Source of the DNA: Candidatus Bathyarchaeota archaeon
Lineage (GTDB): Archaea; Thermoproteota; Bathyarchaeia; 40CM-2-53-6; RBG-13-38-9
Direction: 5' to 3'
NCBI GenBank assembly: GCA_963807605.1
Contig: CAWECG010000004.1
Coordinates: forward strand, 160,001-224,000
Length of the DNA: 64,000 nt
The stretch's first letter is position 1; each line of letters begins with the position of its first letter. Below, piece after piece: positions 19,458 through 29,738 of this stretch. The notes under the pieces are model-generated. The model saw only the letters and a list, made by a program, of their open reading frames with translations. It was not told where the DNA came from and ran no database searches. Position numbers and translations under genes: made by a program.

Positions 19458-19778
19458 ACCCCAGTAACCGGATGAAATAGACGCTAACCTCTCATCTCTC
19501 TCGATTAGAGAGAGCAGCCTAGGTTTCTTAATGGATGTCGAAAGTGGTTTCCTCAACTAGCGTGTGGGCTCTGTCCTGGTTTCATCGATCACCATTCACC
19601 AATACCAGCTCTCATCATCGCCCACACAAGAATCACATAGTCTGCTATTTACAGGATGCTGTTCTCGGTTTCACCCTCTTTGAAGGCTTGAGCTGATCTT
19701 CTGCTCTGCTTCCGATAAGACTATGAAGCAGAATTTATTCTCATCCTTAGCGCAAACCAATGATTGGAGGAGATAGCT

Positions 19779-20378
19779 GTGAAGTTGACATATCTGAGTC
19801 ACGCCTGTTTCGAACTCAAGAATGGAAAGACAATTTTGATAGACCCTTACTTCTCAGGCAACAAGTCTGCCCCAAAATATGAGGGCAAACCGGATCTGGT
19901 ACTCGTCACTCATGAACACTATGACCATTCGGACGCATCGAAGTTCGACACCCTAGTCATTGCTCCCTCGACTTGCAAATTCAATAGAATGATATCGATG
20001 AAATGGGGGGACAGCGTGCATATTGGCGATGCAGATATTCAAATGGTCAAGGCGACCCATCACCAGAGCAAATACGCAACGGGCTACATAATCTCATACG
20101 ACGGGAAGAGATTCTATCATGCAGGAGACACTTACTTAGACGGCGTTATGAGCTACAAAGGGATCGATGTTATGATGGTGCCTATAGGTGGCTACTACAC
20201 AATGAATATCGATGAAGCAATCGAAGCCCTGAAGATCGTCAAGCCAAAGCTTGCTATACCTATGCATTACAATACTTTTCCCGAGATCAAGGCTGACCCC
20301 AAAGAGTTCCAGTCCAAGGCAGAAAAAGAAGGCTTCAAGGCACAAGTAATGGAGTTCGGCCAGGAGATAACCCTCTGA
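19779..20378 (+). CDS. Metallo-beta-lactamase-fold hydrolase (UPF0173-like)
   Basis: IDPY, THEHYDH, HAGDT, PIGG..TM, PMHY; GTG start after GGAGGA. Confidence 0.9.
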   Translation: MKLTYLSHACFELKNGKTILIDPYFSGNKSAPKYEGKPDLVLVTHEHYDHSDASKFDTLVIAPSTCKFNRMISMKWGDSVHIGDADIQMVKATHHQSKYATGYIISYDGKRFYHAGDTYLDGVMSYKGIDVMMVPIGGYYTMNIDEAIEALKIVKPKLAIPMHYNTFPEIKADPKEFQSKAEKEGFKAQVMEFGQEITL

Positions 20379-20470
20379 CGATTTTCCGACTTTCGCGGGC
20401 GCACCCTTAAATCAATCTTGCCATGACTATCGCATTGCGCCATGCAATGTCTGGAAGAGGTCGTTGAATT

Positions 20471-21739
20471 TTGGCGGAGATAGGAGTAATTGCTGACGAC
20501 CTTACCGGCGCCAATGATACGGGGGTTCAATTCTCAAAACAGGGTCTTAAGACGATTGTTCTTACGCACATTCAAGCACTCAAAGAAGTCTCTGATCAAG
20601 TCGATGTAATAGTCCTTGACACTGAGAGTAGGACTCTGCCAAATTCCGATGCATATAATAAAGCCAGGGAGGCTGCTACCCAACTCATCGACGCCCGGGT
20701 CCCGATAATCTACAAAAAAATTGACTCGACGCTCAAGGGTAACATTGGCGTAGAATTGGACGCTATAATGGATGCCACGGCAGCCCAGACTGTGGTAGTC
20801 GCTCCCGCGTTCCCGGCGAACAAGAGAATCACAGTAGGTGGCTACCAGCTTGTGAACCAGATTCCACTGGGAATGACAGAAGCCTCCAAGGATCCCATCA
20901 CGCCGGTAACAGAATCACACGTTCCTACACTTCTGGCAAGTCAATCCAGAAGGAAAGTAGAGCATGTGGGGTTGGCTGCTGTCATGGACGCCTCAGCCCT
21001 CAAGAGAGAGCTAAGCGAATGCGTTAGAAGAGGTGGCGAGATAATAGTCGTTGACTCAATCACTCAAAATGATCTTAAGAGAGTAGCTAACGCCGTAGTT
21101 GAGCTAAAGTTGCATAGGTTGACATGCGGTCCTGCAGGTCTGGCTGAGGAACTTCCAGAAGCTTTGGGTCTCATATCAGGCAGGCCGGTAATCACAGTCT
21201 CAGGCAGCATCAGTGAGGTTACAATGAGGCAGATAGCCAGCGCTGAGACCGCTGGATGCATTGTCTTGGAACTTGATACTCTCAGGATCCTTGACAGTGG
21301 TAGAGATCTTGAAGTCAAGAGAATAACTGAGGAGACTGGACGGATCGTCTCAAGGGGTGATGATGTCATCATATCGTCAGCCAGATCTAAGAACTCGGTT
21401 GCAGAGGATTTCAGGAAAGGTGAAGCACTTGGAATGTCTGGCGCAGGCGTAAGTGACCTTATCGGTTCTGTATTAGGTCAAATTGCAGGCCAAGTGGCTA
21501 AGATCCAAGAGATCTCAGGCGTGGTACTCACAGGAGGCACGACAGCAATGCGTGCCTTTGAATTGATGGGGGCAAGCGGCACACAAGTCGATGATGAAGT
21601 CTCCCCCGGCATACCCTCCGCAATAGTGGTCGGCGGGTATTGCGACGGCCTGCGGATAGTCACCAAAGCAGGGGCCTTCGGTGACGATGAGGCGATCACA
21701 AGATCAATAAGATACTTGAAAAGGAAAGGTGGTAGGTGA
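20471..21739 (+). CDS. Four-carbon acid sugar kinase (DUF1537; DtnK/DenK-like)
   Basis: IADDLTGANDTG, DTESR, YKKIDSTLKGN, PAFP, TGG, VTKAGAFG. Confidence 0.92.
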   Translation: MAEIGVIADDLTGANDTGVQFSKQGLKTIVLTHIQALKEVSDQVDVIVLDTESRTLPNSDAYNKAREAATQLIDARVPIIYKKIDSTLKGNIGVELDAIMDATAAQTVVVAPAFPANKRITVGGYQLVNQIPLGMTEASKDPITPVTESHVPTLLASQSRRKVEHVGLAAVMDASALKRELSECVRRGGEIIVVDSITQNDLKRVANAVVELKLHRLTCGPAGLAEELPEALGLISGRPVITVSGSISEVTMRQIASAETAGCIVLELDTLRILDSGRDLEVKRITEETGRIVSRGDDVIISSARSKNSVAEDFRKGEALGMSGAGVSDLIGSVLGQIAGQVAKIQEISGVVLTGGTTAMRAFELMGASGTQVDDEVSPGIPSAIVVGGYCDGLRIVTKAGAFGDDEAITRSIRYLKRKGGR

Positions 21740-21743
21740 GTAC

Positions 21744-22772
21744 ATGTCCCGAATCGAGGCAAGACCGATAATCGGAATAACCATGGGTGACGCCGCGGGA
21801 ATAGGCCCTGAGATAATTGACAAAGCTCTCTCAAAGAAGGAGATATACGCTATCTCGCGACCTATCGTAATAGGCGATGCCTCCGTTCTTGAAGATGCAC
21901 TGAAGGTAGCCAAAGTCCAGGTGAGAATCCAACCGGTGGACAATGCTTCATCAGCCAAGTTCGAACACGGCACCATCAAGGTTATCGATCTCAAGAACAT
22001 ACGCTTATCCGAGCTGAAGATGGGCAAGGTTCAAGCCATGGCAGGCAAAGCAGCCTTTGAATACGTGAAGAAGGCCGTTGAGATGGCACTCAAAGGTGAG
22101 ATTGACGCCATCGTGACAGCTCCACTCAATAAGGAGGCCATGAACTTGGCTGGTTATAATTATGCAGGCCACACCGAGATCCTCGCAGATCTAACTAAAA
22201 CGAAAAATTACGCCATGATGTTGGTGGCCGGAAAGCTCGTAGTCGTTCACGTCACCACGCATGTGTCTATGCTTCAAGCATGCGCCCTGGTACGAAAGGA
22301 GCGAGTCTTGAACACGATCAAGCTCACCCATGAGGTTCTTCTGAAGCTCGGGGTCCAAAATCCAAAGATAGCGGTGGCCGGACTTAATGCCCATGCCGGA
22401 GAGCGCGGAATGTTCGGGGATGAGGAAATCAAAGAGATTTCACCAGCCATAGAGGCTGCAAAGAAGAGTGGTATCAATGTCATTGGTCCAATGCCGCCTG
22501 ACACAGTCTTCTTGCGTGCCAGCAAAGGTGAATATGACGGCGTCGTGGCCATGTACCACGACCAGGGACACATCCCTGTGAAGATGCTTGGCTTTGAATC
22601 AGGTGTGAATGTTACAATCGGCCTGCCCATAATTCGCACATCAGTTGATCATGGGACCGCCTACGGAAGAGCTGGCTTGAGACTGGGAACAGGGGATCCC
22701 ACAAGCTTGGAAGAGGCAATCAAGCTCGCAGTTCAAATGGCCAAGCACAGCGTTGCTATGAGAAAAGAATGA
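21744..22772 (+). CDS. pdxA: PdxA2-type 4-phospho-tetronate / 4-hydroxythreonine-phosphate dehydrogenase
   Basis: TMGDAAGIGPE, GHTE, LNAHAGE, MYHDQG, RTSVDHGTA. Confidence 0.93.
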   Translation: MSRIEARPIIGITMGDAAGIGPEIIDKALSKKEIYAISRPIVIGDASVLEDALKVAKVQVRIQPVDNASSAKFEHGTIKVIDLKNIRLSELKMGKVQAMAGKAAFEYVKKAVEMALKGEIDAIVTAPLNKEAMNLAGYNYAGHTEILADLTKTKNYAMMLVAGKLVVVHVTTHVSMLQACALVRKERVLNTIKLTHEVLLKLGVQNPKIAVAGLNAHAGERGMFGDEEIKEISPAIEAAKKSGINVIGPMPPDTVFLRASKGEYDGVVAMYHDQGHIPVKMLGFESGVNVTIGLPIIRTSVDHGTAYGRAGLRLGTGDPTSLEEAIKLAVQMAKHSVAMRKE

Positions 22773-22920
22773 ATCCTCTTCTATGCTTGCGTATGTACTA
22801 GCGTGACGGCGGAGACCAGAACGACTATCCGTTCAAAATCGGATTTGTCAGTCACACACACATTTATAATGACCTCAACAGGTCTAGATCGAGGTAAGAA
22901 GTAATCCGGAGAAGTTTAAC

Positions 22921-23958
22921 TTGCAAGCGGTTATGAAAGTTGATCCTAAACCCGGCATCAAGATATTGGATGTCGAGAGACCGAAGCCCGGGGCAAGAGA
23001 CGTCCTAGTACATGTCAGGGCAACAGCTTACTGCGGCTCAGACATGCACCTGTACAAATGGGACGGCCAAGCTCTGAAATGGAATTCACCACTCCCTAGA
23101 ATTCTGGGGCACGAATTCAGCGGAGACGTGGTTGAGGTAGGAAAGAATGTCACCACGGTGAAGGTCGGAGATAAGGTGGCAGCGGAGACACACATCCCCT
23201 GCGAGCAGTGCTACATGTGCAGGACTGGAAGGATGCACATCTGCGAGAATATGAAGATCTTCGGAGTACATGTTCCAGAGGGTTCCTTCGCAGAATACGC
23301 AGTGATACCAGAGACCATCGCCTACAAACTGCCTCTTGACACGCCCTATGATGTCGGTGCTCTGTACGAACCTTGCGGTGTCGCAATGCACGCTGTCCAA
23401 AGGGCTCAACCTAATCCAGGAGATACAGCGGTAGTTCTCGGGTGCGGACCCATAGGGATCTATGTCCAGCAGATAATGAAAGCTCTCGGTTCAGATGTCA
23501 TAGCTACCGACGTAAAGAAATATCGGCTAGAACACGCGAAGAGAGTCGGAGCAGCTCGAGAGGTAATAGACGCCTCTGAAGGGAACGTGGTTGAACGAGT
23601 AAAGTCCACAATCGGTCAACGAGGAGCAGACATCGTTTTTGAAGCTGCGGGTGCAGGAGAAACGGTGAAGCAGTCCCTGGATATGGTGGCAAAGGCAGGC
23701 AAGGTAGTGCTGTTCGGAGCCTCGCCGGACAACCCAGTACTCGACACAACAACCTACATTGTGTATAAAGAGATTGATGTGCTGGGGATGACTGGAAGAT
23801 ACATGTTCAGCACTTGGGACAGAGTTCAACGATTCGTCAGCAGAGGGCTGGTGGACCTCAAATCCGTAGTGACCCATCAGCTACCTCTTGGGAAGGCTGA
23901 AGAAGGATTCCAACTCTTGCTGAAAGGGGAAGCATCCAAGATCATACTAATACCATAG
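22921..23958 (+). CDS. Zn-dependent medium-chain dehydrogenase, L-threonine 3-dehydrogenase-like
   Basis: CGSDMH, GHEFSG, ETHIPC..C..C.......C, G.GPIG, TGR.MF.TW. Confidence 0.85.
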   Translation: MQAVMKVDPKPGIKILDVERPKPGARDVLVHVRATAYCGSDMHLYKWDGQALKWNSPLPRILGHEFSGDVVEVGKNVTTVKVGDKVAAETHIPCEQCYMCRTGRMHICENMKIFGVHVPEGSFAEYAVIPETIAYKLPLDTPYDVGALYEPCGVAMHAVQRAQPNPGDTAVVLGCGPIGIYVQQIMKALGSDVIATDVKKYRLEHAKRVGAAREVIDASEGNVVERVKSTIGQRGADIVFEAAGAGETVKQSLDMVAKAGKVVLFGASPDNPVLDTTTYIVYKEIDVLGMTGRYMFSTWDRVQRFVSRGLVDLKSVVTHQLPLGKAEEGFQLLLKGEASKIILIP

Positions 23959-24145
23959 AACACTTTGAACGAGAAAAAGAGACGATAGCAAGAGGTCTTA
24001 ATCCGAGCCCTTTAGAACACTCTACCCGTGTTCCAGACTCCCTCTGGGAGACCGAACATTCAGTCCCTGCAACCCTCGAAACAAGGTTGAGTCGGAGTTA
24101 ACTGACCGTCTAGGAGAAGAGCAGAGCCACGAGGGAAAACCATTC

Positions 24146-24478
24146 TTGAGTGAAGAGATCGAGAAATCCTGGCGTGAACGTTTGGTTAAGAGCCATTTGG
24201 ACTTAATAGTCCTGTGGCTACTCAAGGCTAAGCCGAGATGGGGCTACGAAATAAACATCGAGATCAGGGAGAGATTCAAAGTCTACCTAAGTGCCGGAAC
24301 CCTTTATCCCCTCCTGCATAACCTAGAAGACAAAAAATACTTGCAGGGTGTCTGGGAATCAGAGAAAGGAAGAGGTCGTCGTATCTACAAAATAACGGAG
24401 GAGGGGAGCTTGTTCTTGGACGCAGGTGAACGAGTATCCCGAGAAACCACGCGTGCGCTTTCACGTGATCCCAGCTGA
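24146..24478 (+). CDS. PadR-family transcriptional regulator
   Basis: WGYEI, SAGTLYPLL..LE, RRIYKIT..G. Confidence 0.9.
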   Translation: MSEEIEKSWRERLVKSHLDLIVLWLLKAKPRWGYEINIEIRERFKVYLSAGTLYPLLHNLEDKKYLQGVWESEKGRGRRIYKITEEGSLFLDAGERVSRETTRALSRDPS

Positions 24479-24534
24479 AGCATATTTAAGGTTCGAGATA
24501 GATCTAGCACAATTCCAGTATGAAGTGATGAAAT

Positions 24535-25143
24535 TTGGCCCAACCAAGCGGACTTGCGCGTTGGAGATCGATGAAACACAAGGACGTCATAAATTTCGTG
24601 ATACTTTGCCTCTGCGTTGTCTCGATATCATATGGTGGATGGGCCGTCCTCAGACTAATGACGGCAACAGAACACCCTGTACTAGTAGTGGTCTCGGGGA
24701 GCATGGTTCCAACACTCAATGTCGGCGACATGATCTTCATCAGAGGTATGCCCGCCGAAAAGATCGAAGTCGGAACAATAATCGTGTTTCACAGTCCGGC
24801 ATACTTGCAGTATGACACGTTGGTGGTCCACCGGGTTGTGCAGAAAACCAATAACAATGGAACAATCTACTTCCGGACTAAGGGAGACTTCAACAGATAC
24901 ACGGATGACTGGACAGTTCCAGACAAGAATATTGTAGGCGTATATTCCGCAAGAGTTCCATACGTTGGCATTGTGGTCATGTGGTTACGCACATGGGAGG
25001 GAACCGCCTTCATAGTCGTTCTGATAGTCATCTTGATCGGCTTCGAAGCCTACAGCTCGAGTGCAAAGAAGAGAGATCAATCTGGTGAGACGAGAGAACC
25101 GGAAGCATCAACCAGGACCAGACGTAAGCTGAGTTCAAGCTGA
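24535..25143 (+). CDS. sec11: Signal peptidase I (Sec11-type); start may be ATG 24571
   Basis: VVSGSMVPTL..GD, VVHRV, TKGD.N..D. Confidence 0.9.
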   Translation: MAQPSGLARWRSMKHKDVINFVILCLCVVSISYGGWAVLRLMTATEHPVLVVVSGSMVPTLNVGDMIFIRGMPAEKIEVGTIIVFHSPAYLQYDTLVVHRVVQKTNNNGTIYFRTKGDFNRYTDDWTVPDKNIVGVYSARVPYVGIVVMWLRTWEGTAFIVVLIVILIGFEAYSSSAKKRDQSGETREPEASTRTRRKLSSS

Positions 25144-25198
25144 AGAGTCTAAGTGAAGACTGCAGTGCTCAGTTGAAGATAAACGTTTTATGAAGTGC

Positions 25199-25208
25199 AT
25201 TTATATAT
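25199..25208 (+). promoter_or_regulatory. TATA box of tbp
   Basis: ATTTATATAT about 40 nt upstream of TTG 25249. Confidence 0.55.
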
Positions 25209-25248
25209 CGAGAACTTGTTGTAGTCGTGCCTCAAGAGGCTGGGCTGA

Positions 25249-25827
25249 TTGGCTGAGAAGAAGAATGAGAAGAAGACCTTCATAAATATTGAGAATGTTG
25301 TCGCCTCAGCCACACTCAAACAGAATATTGACCTCAACTCGATAGCGCGAATTTTTCCAGGTGTTGAGTACCGACCTGAACAATTTCCAGGTCTGGTATA
25401 CCGTCTGAAGAAACCTAAGACAGCCACCTTAGTCTTCAGCTCAGGCAAGATGGTCTGTACAGGCGCAAAGTCTGAACGTCAAGCGAGGAAAGCTGTCATG
25501 AAGGTCATTGAAGAGCTTAAGCACAACGGCATAGCCATTGTCGGCAAGCCCGAGATTAAGATCCAAAACATCGTAGCGTCAGCTGGTCTCGGCGGCTACA
25601 TCGACCTTGAGAAGTCAACATACTCTCTGAAAAAGACCATGTACGAGCCTGAGCAGTTTCCAGGCTTAATCTACAGGATGGATGAACCCAAAGTAGTAAT
25701 ACTTCTCTTCGCAAGCGGAAAACTGGTCTGTACTGGCGCTAAGCAGGAGCATGAGGTTCCTGATGCTGTGGCTAAACTGCAGAAGATTCTAGAAGAGAAG
25801 GAACTAATCTACTACGACAAGGTATAG
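25249..25827 (+). CDS. tbp: TATA-box binding protein
   Basis: Two repeats of N(V/I)VAS...Y.PEQFPGL.YR...F.SGK.VCTGAK. Confidence 0.97.
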   Translation: MAEKKNEKKTFINIENVVASATLKQNIDLNSIARIFPGVEYRPEQFPGLVYRLKKPKTATLVFSSGKMVCTGAKSERQARKAVMKVIEELKHNGIAIVGKPEIKIQNIVASAGLGGYIDLEKSTYSLKKTMYEPEQFPGLIYRMDEPKVVILLFASGKLVCTGAKQEHEVPDAVAKLQKILEEKELIYYDKV

Positions 25828-25935
25828 ATTCGCCCCCTCGCAACCGTTGCCCGGTGTTGATTAGTTCGACCCGTTTCATCTCTTTTCTAAGGTTTTCCCA
25901 TTCATTCAGATTCTTGATGCATCCTACCTCTGGTG

Positions 25936-27306
25936 CTAGGTGGTCGGAGAAGTAGCCCAGAGAGCGCGAGCTCTACATCCTCCGCAGACGTATCTGTTTT
26001 CGCAACTACCACACCCCGGCTTTAGCAAGTCCTTGTTCCACAGTTCTTTGAGAATCTCGTTTTCTTGCCAGATCTTTTCGAAGTTGGAAGTTCGGAGATT
26101 GCCCACAACCAGGTCTGGCATGAAGACGCAAGGAGTGACGAGACCGTTAGGCTGAATCGCGCAGTAGAGTCTACCGGCACCGCAACCTCCAATGAACTGA
26201 GCCAGATCCCGGAGGCCCCAGTTCCTGCTTTTTCCCACATAGAAGTGTGTAGGTGCGGATAGTCCTCCACAAGACTCCTCCACAGCGACTCTTCCGAACT
26301 GAGGCGCCGTGGAGAGGACTTCGATACCTGGGACTTTAGACTCTTTGATAAGAGTCCTGAGCAGTTCCTCCCTCTCCTCAGGCGTTATGTCCGCTTGAAT
26401 GATCCCGCGACCTCTGCCAGTGGGGATGAAATTAAAATGAATGAAACGGTCGACCTTCATCTTGCGTCCTAACTTGATGATGTTGCAGACTTCTTTCAGA
26501 TTATATCTAGTTACTGTGGTAGCTATCGATGTGAAGATCCCTGCCTCTACACAGTTCCTTATCCCTTGAAGCGAGAGAGCATGCGAACCGGGGATCCCTC
26601 TGAAGACGTCGTGTAACTCTGGGGAGGCGGCGTCCAGGCTGACCTCCACGTAACAGACATCGATCTTCCTAAGCAGTCTAGCTGTCTCCGGTGTGATCAG
26701 TGTGCCGTTGGTAGCTAGGGCAACGTACATGTCGTTCTCTCTGGCGGCTTGGGCGACATCAAAGAAGTCAGGACTCATCAGGGGCTCGCCTCCGGAGAAT
26801 GCGATCGAGACAACACCTGCGTCCCTAAGCTCCTTGATGACGCAGAATTTCTCCTCTAAGGATAGTTCATCTCTGGTCCTTTTACCGGCGTTTTGATAGC
26901 AGTGTCTGCACCTCAGATTGCAGGCGTTCGTGATGTTCCAGACAGCCAAGAAGTGAGCTTTCAAGAGCTGGGGGCGTGTAATGCCGTAATATCCTATGCT
27001 GCTCAGTACTGCTACTACTGCCCTTCTGACGATTGGATCCCTAAGGTAATTTCTGATTGATTCCACATTTGTGTCAAAGGCTTGGCAACCAGTGCTGAGT
27101 ATCATCTTGACCAGAAAGAAGTAGATGCGGTCGGTCAAGCCTCCAGAGGACTCCTCAAAGGCAAAGTTCCTCAAAGCTTGATCTAGTCTTGATTGACCCT
27201 CTGATCCGGTTCTGTCGCCGACTCGTATAATAGATCTTGAAATGGGATTACTCATTCCCGACCGTAGAAGCCTCACAGTATCGAGGAGCACAACTCGTCC
27301 CTTCAT
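25936..27306 (-). CDS. Radical SAM/SPASM protein, probable GMGT synthase (Gms-like); frameshift near 25962 removes the final SPASM Cys segment
   Basis: CNLRCRHC, SGGEP, FIGGCGAGRLYC, PCVF, CGSC....VCGGCRARA; the alternate frame continues GYFSDHLAPEVGCI. Divergent from tes. Confidence 0.7.
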   Translation of the reverse strand: MKGRVVLLDTVRLLRSGMSNPISRSIIRVGDRTGSEGQSRLDQALRNFAFEESSGGLTDRIYFFLVKMILSTGCQAFDTNVESIRNYLRDPIVRRAVVAVLSSIGYYGITRPQLLKAHFLAVWNITNACNLRCRHCYQNAGKRTRDELSLEEKFCVIKELRDAGVVSIAFSGGEPLMSPDFFDVAQAARENDMYVALATNGTLITPETARLLRKIDVCYVEVSLDAASPELHDVFRGIPGSHALSLQGIRNCVEAGIFTSIATTVTRYNLKEVCNIIKLGRKMKVDRFIHFNFIPTGRGRGIIQADITPEEREELLRTLIKESKVPGIEVLSTAPQFGRVAVEESCGGLSAPTHFYVGKSRNWGLRDLAQFIGGCGAGRLYCAIQPNGLVTPCVFMPDLVVGNLRTSNFEKIWQENEILKELWNKDLLKPGCGSCENRYVCGGCRARALWATSPTT

Positions 27307-27448
27307 CAACGTAGACAGTTGAGACGGGGCAGGTGACAGAATCAATAGAATAACAGTCGTCGGCACTAAAATAGTTTAAGTTACCGAGTGTCGCAACAGC
27401 ACTATTATTATAGGTCGCTTTGCGCATGGAAGGCGCTAGCTGGCCAAG

Positions 27449-28939
27449 GTGGTCTTGCTGAAACGCATATTGAGGAGTACTCGGAGCATCTGCCCTGAAT
27501 GCATGAAGGTCCTTGATGCGGAGATCTTCATAGACGATGATGGCAAAGTCAAGATCTCAAAGACGTGCGATACTCACGGGTTTTTCATCGATACGTACAC
27601 GTTCTCGAATCCTGAACTTTACGAATGGGCGGAAAAGTATGCCCATCCTGGAATTCCGATAGAGAACCCGAGGACGGAGACAAACGAGGGTTGTCCGTAT
27701 GACTGTGGGATATGTCCCAACCACAAGTCTCACACTGTTCTTTCAATAATAGATGTCACAAACAGATGTAACCTGGAATGCCCAATATGTTTTGCGAATG
27801 CGGCTACGACCGGCTATGTCTATGAGCCTTCTCAAGGTGAGATTGAGAAGATCATCGGAAACCTAAGTTCAAATACTCCCGTTCCCCCTCCTGCGCTACA
27901 GTTCAGTGGCGGGGAGCCAACTATAAGGGAGGATCTTCCGCTGCTTGTCAAGTCGGCTAAGGATCATGGATTCAGGCATGTAGAGGTCAACACCAATGGG
28001 GTGAGACTTGCAAAGGATCTTGACTTCTTCAAGGAACTCATTGGGGCCGGCTTGGACACGCTCTATCTCCAATTCGACGGCCTCGACGACGGTGTCTATG
28101 AGAAGACCCGTGGGCTTCCACTTTTGAAGACGAAGATGAGTGTCCTCGAGAACGCCCGTAAGCTTGGTTTCGAGAGCATCGTTCTCGTAGTGACTCTTGT
28201 TAAGGGTGTTAACGATGATCAACTTGGCGAGATAGTAAGATTCGCCTTCGAGAATTCTGATATAATAAGGTGTGTGAACGTTCAGCCAGTATCCATCACC
28301 GGTAGAATAGACACTAAAGCGCGAGAGGCTATGCGAATAAACACTACCGACTTCATGGAGCTCATTCAGGAACAGACCTCAGGCCTGATAAAAATTAGTG
28401 ACTTCTTCCCTGTGCCCTCTGTGATTCCTGTAGCAAAAGCAATTGGGAGAATGAAGTCGAGGAGCTACTCTCTATTCAGCACAGTGCCGTGGTGTGGTGT
28501 AGCAACTTTCATGGTGCAGGGGAAGGAAGGTTGGGTTCCGATAACCCGGTTGGCGAATGTGGACAAGTTCTTCAAGACAATGGATAATGTATACCATGAT
28601 CTGGTTGAAGGCCACAAGACCCGAGCCAAGATAAGGACCCTAGCTGCCGTGAGGCATGTTAAAGCCTCATTCATTAAGGAAGTTATGTGGCCTGTCCTCA
28701 AGACCGGCACCTACGATGCGCTTGGCGGCTTCATGAGGAAGGTTGTGATGATCGGCTGCATGCACTTCATGGATCCATACAACTTCGATCTACAACGACT
28801 TGAAAGCTGCGTCATACACTACGGGTTGCCTGACGGCACGATAAGACCCTTCTGCGCAGTCAACACACTCCATCGGGCCAAGGTAGAGAAGCAGTACTCA
28901 GTCCCACTTGAGGAATGGAAGAAGTCCCTAGCAAAATGA
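27449..28939 (+). CDS. tes: Tetraether lipid synthase (GDGT macrocyclase, radical SAM)
   Basis: N-terminal CPEC...C..HG, GCPYDCGICPNHKSHT, DVTNRCNLECPICFANA, MHFMDPYNFD..R...C.IHY..PDG.I.PFC. Confidence 0.88.
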   Translation: MVLLKRILRSTRSICPECMKVLDAEIFIDDDGKVKISKTCDTHGFFIDTYTFSNPELYEWAEKYAHPGIPIENPRTETNEGCPYDCGICPNHKSHTVLSIIDVTNRCNLECPICFANAATTGYVYEPSQGEIEKIIGNLSSNTPVPPPALQFSGGEPTIREDLPLLVKSAKDHGFRHVEVNTNGVRLAKDLDFFKELIGAGLDTLYLQFDGLDDGVYEKTRGLPLLKTKMSVLENARKLGFESIVLVVTLVKGVNDDQLGEIVRFAFENSDIIRCVNVQPVSITGRIDTKAREAMRINTTDFMELIQEQTSGLIKISDFFPVPSVIPVAKAIGRMKSRSYSLFSTVPWCGVATFMVQGKEGWVPITRLANVDKFFKTMDNVYHDLVEGHKTRAKIRTLAAVRHVKASFIKEVMWPVLKTGTYDALGGFMRKVVMIGCMHFMDPYNFDLQRLESCVIHYGLPDGTIRPFCAVNTLHRAKVEKQYSVPLEEWKKSLAK

Positions 28940-29009
28940 CGCATCTCTTAAGCAGTAGTAGATTTCTTTAACGTCACTTGTCGCCAGTCCTCAACATTCA
29001 GGAAGTTAT

Positions 29010-29738
29010 TTGTTGATCAGCGTTGAGGCAAATCTGGAGGCGGGTCGAGAGGCAAGTTCCAGAGGAGACATAGTGATAGTCGTTGATGTCCTGAGATTCA
29101 GCTCTACCGCTGTAGTGGGCTTAGCTTGTGGAGCTGAGTCGATTATCCCCGTTAAGACAATTGGAGAAGCAAGGCGTCTTTACAAGGGAAATAGGAAACT
29201 AGTTCTGGCGGGTGAAAGAGAAGGAATCAAGCCTAAAGGATTTCATCTTGGGAACTCCCCCACCGAGTTTGAGAGAGCAGATCTCTCGGGCAAGAGAATA
29301 ATCATGACGACCAGCAATGGAACTGCGGCTTTGGAATCTTCGAAAGGCGCCAAGTCTTTACTGGTGGGTTCGTTCATAAATGCGGGGGCAGTCTCTGCGG
29401 CAGCCTCAACACTCTCCAGAGATGTGAAGGGTATCTCAATTGTCTTGGGGAGCCGACGCGGAGAGATCTTTCTTGAGGACTTTCTCTGTTCAGGTCTTTT
29501 GGTTTCCAACCTGATAGATAAGACTCACCAGATGAATGATGAGGCGATTGCCGCAAGACTCGCGTGGATGAGTGTTGAACACGATTTGGAACTGGTTGTA
29601 GGGCAGGCCGCTCATGCGGTTTACCTTGAGAGCATAGGCTATGGTGAAGATGTGAAGTTCTGTTCGCGAAGAGATGTCTATGATGTTGTTCCTTACCTGA
29701 AAGAGAACAGATTATTGAATTTAGCGCAGCTTAGATAG
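29010..29738 (+). CDS. comB: 2-phosphosulfolactate phosphatase family
   Basis: VDVLRFSST, LAGER, GNSP, TTSNGT, EDFLCSG. Confidence 0.9.
   Translation: MLISVEANLEAGREASSRGDIVIVVDVLRFSSTAVVGLACGAESIIPVKTIGEARRLYKGNRKLVLAGEREGIKPKGFHLGNSPTEFERADLSGKRIIMTTSNGTAALESSKGAKSLLVGSFINAGAVSAAASTLSRDVKGISIVLGSRRGEIFLEDFLCSGLLVSNLIDKTHQMNDEAIAARLAWMSVEHDLELVVGQAAHAVYLESIGYGEDVKFCSRRDVYDVVPYLKENRLLNLAQLR

Noticed and set aside
29010-29738. Evidence for methanogenesis from comB
   Set aside because: The ComB family is widespread in non-methanogens, and no mcr or other com genes are in the window.
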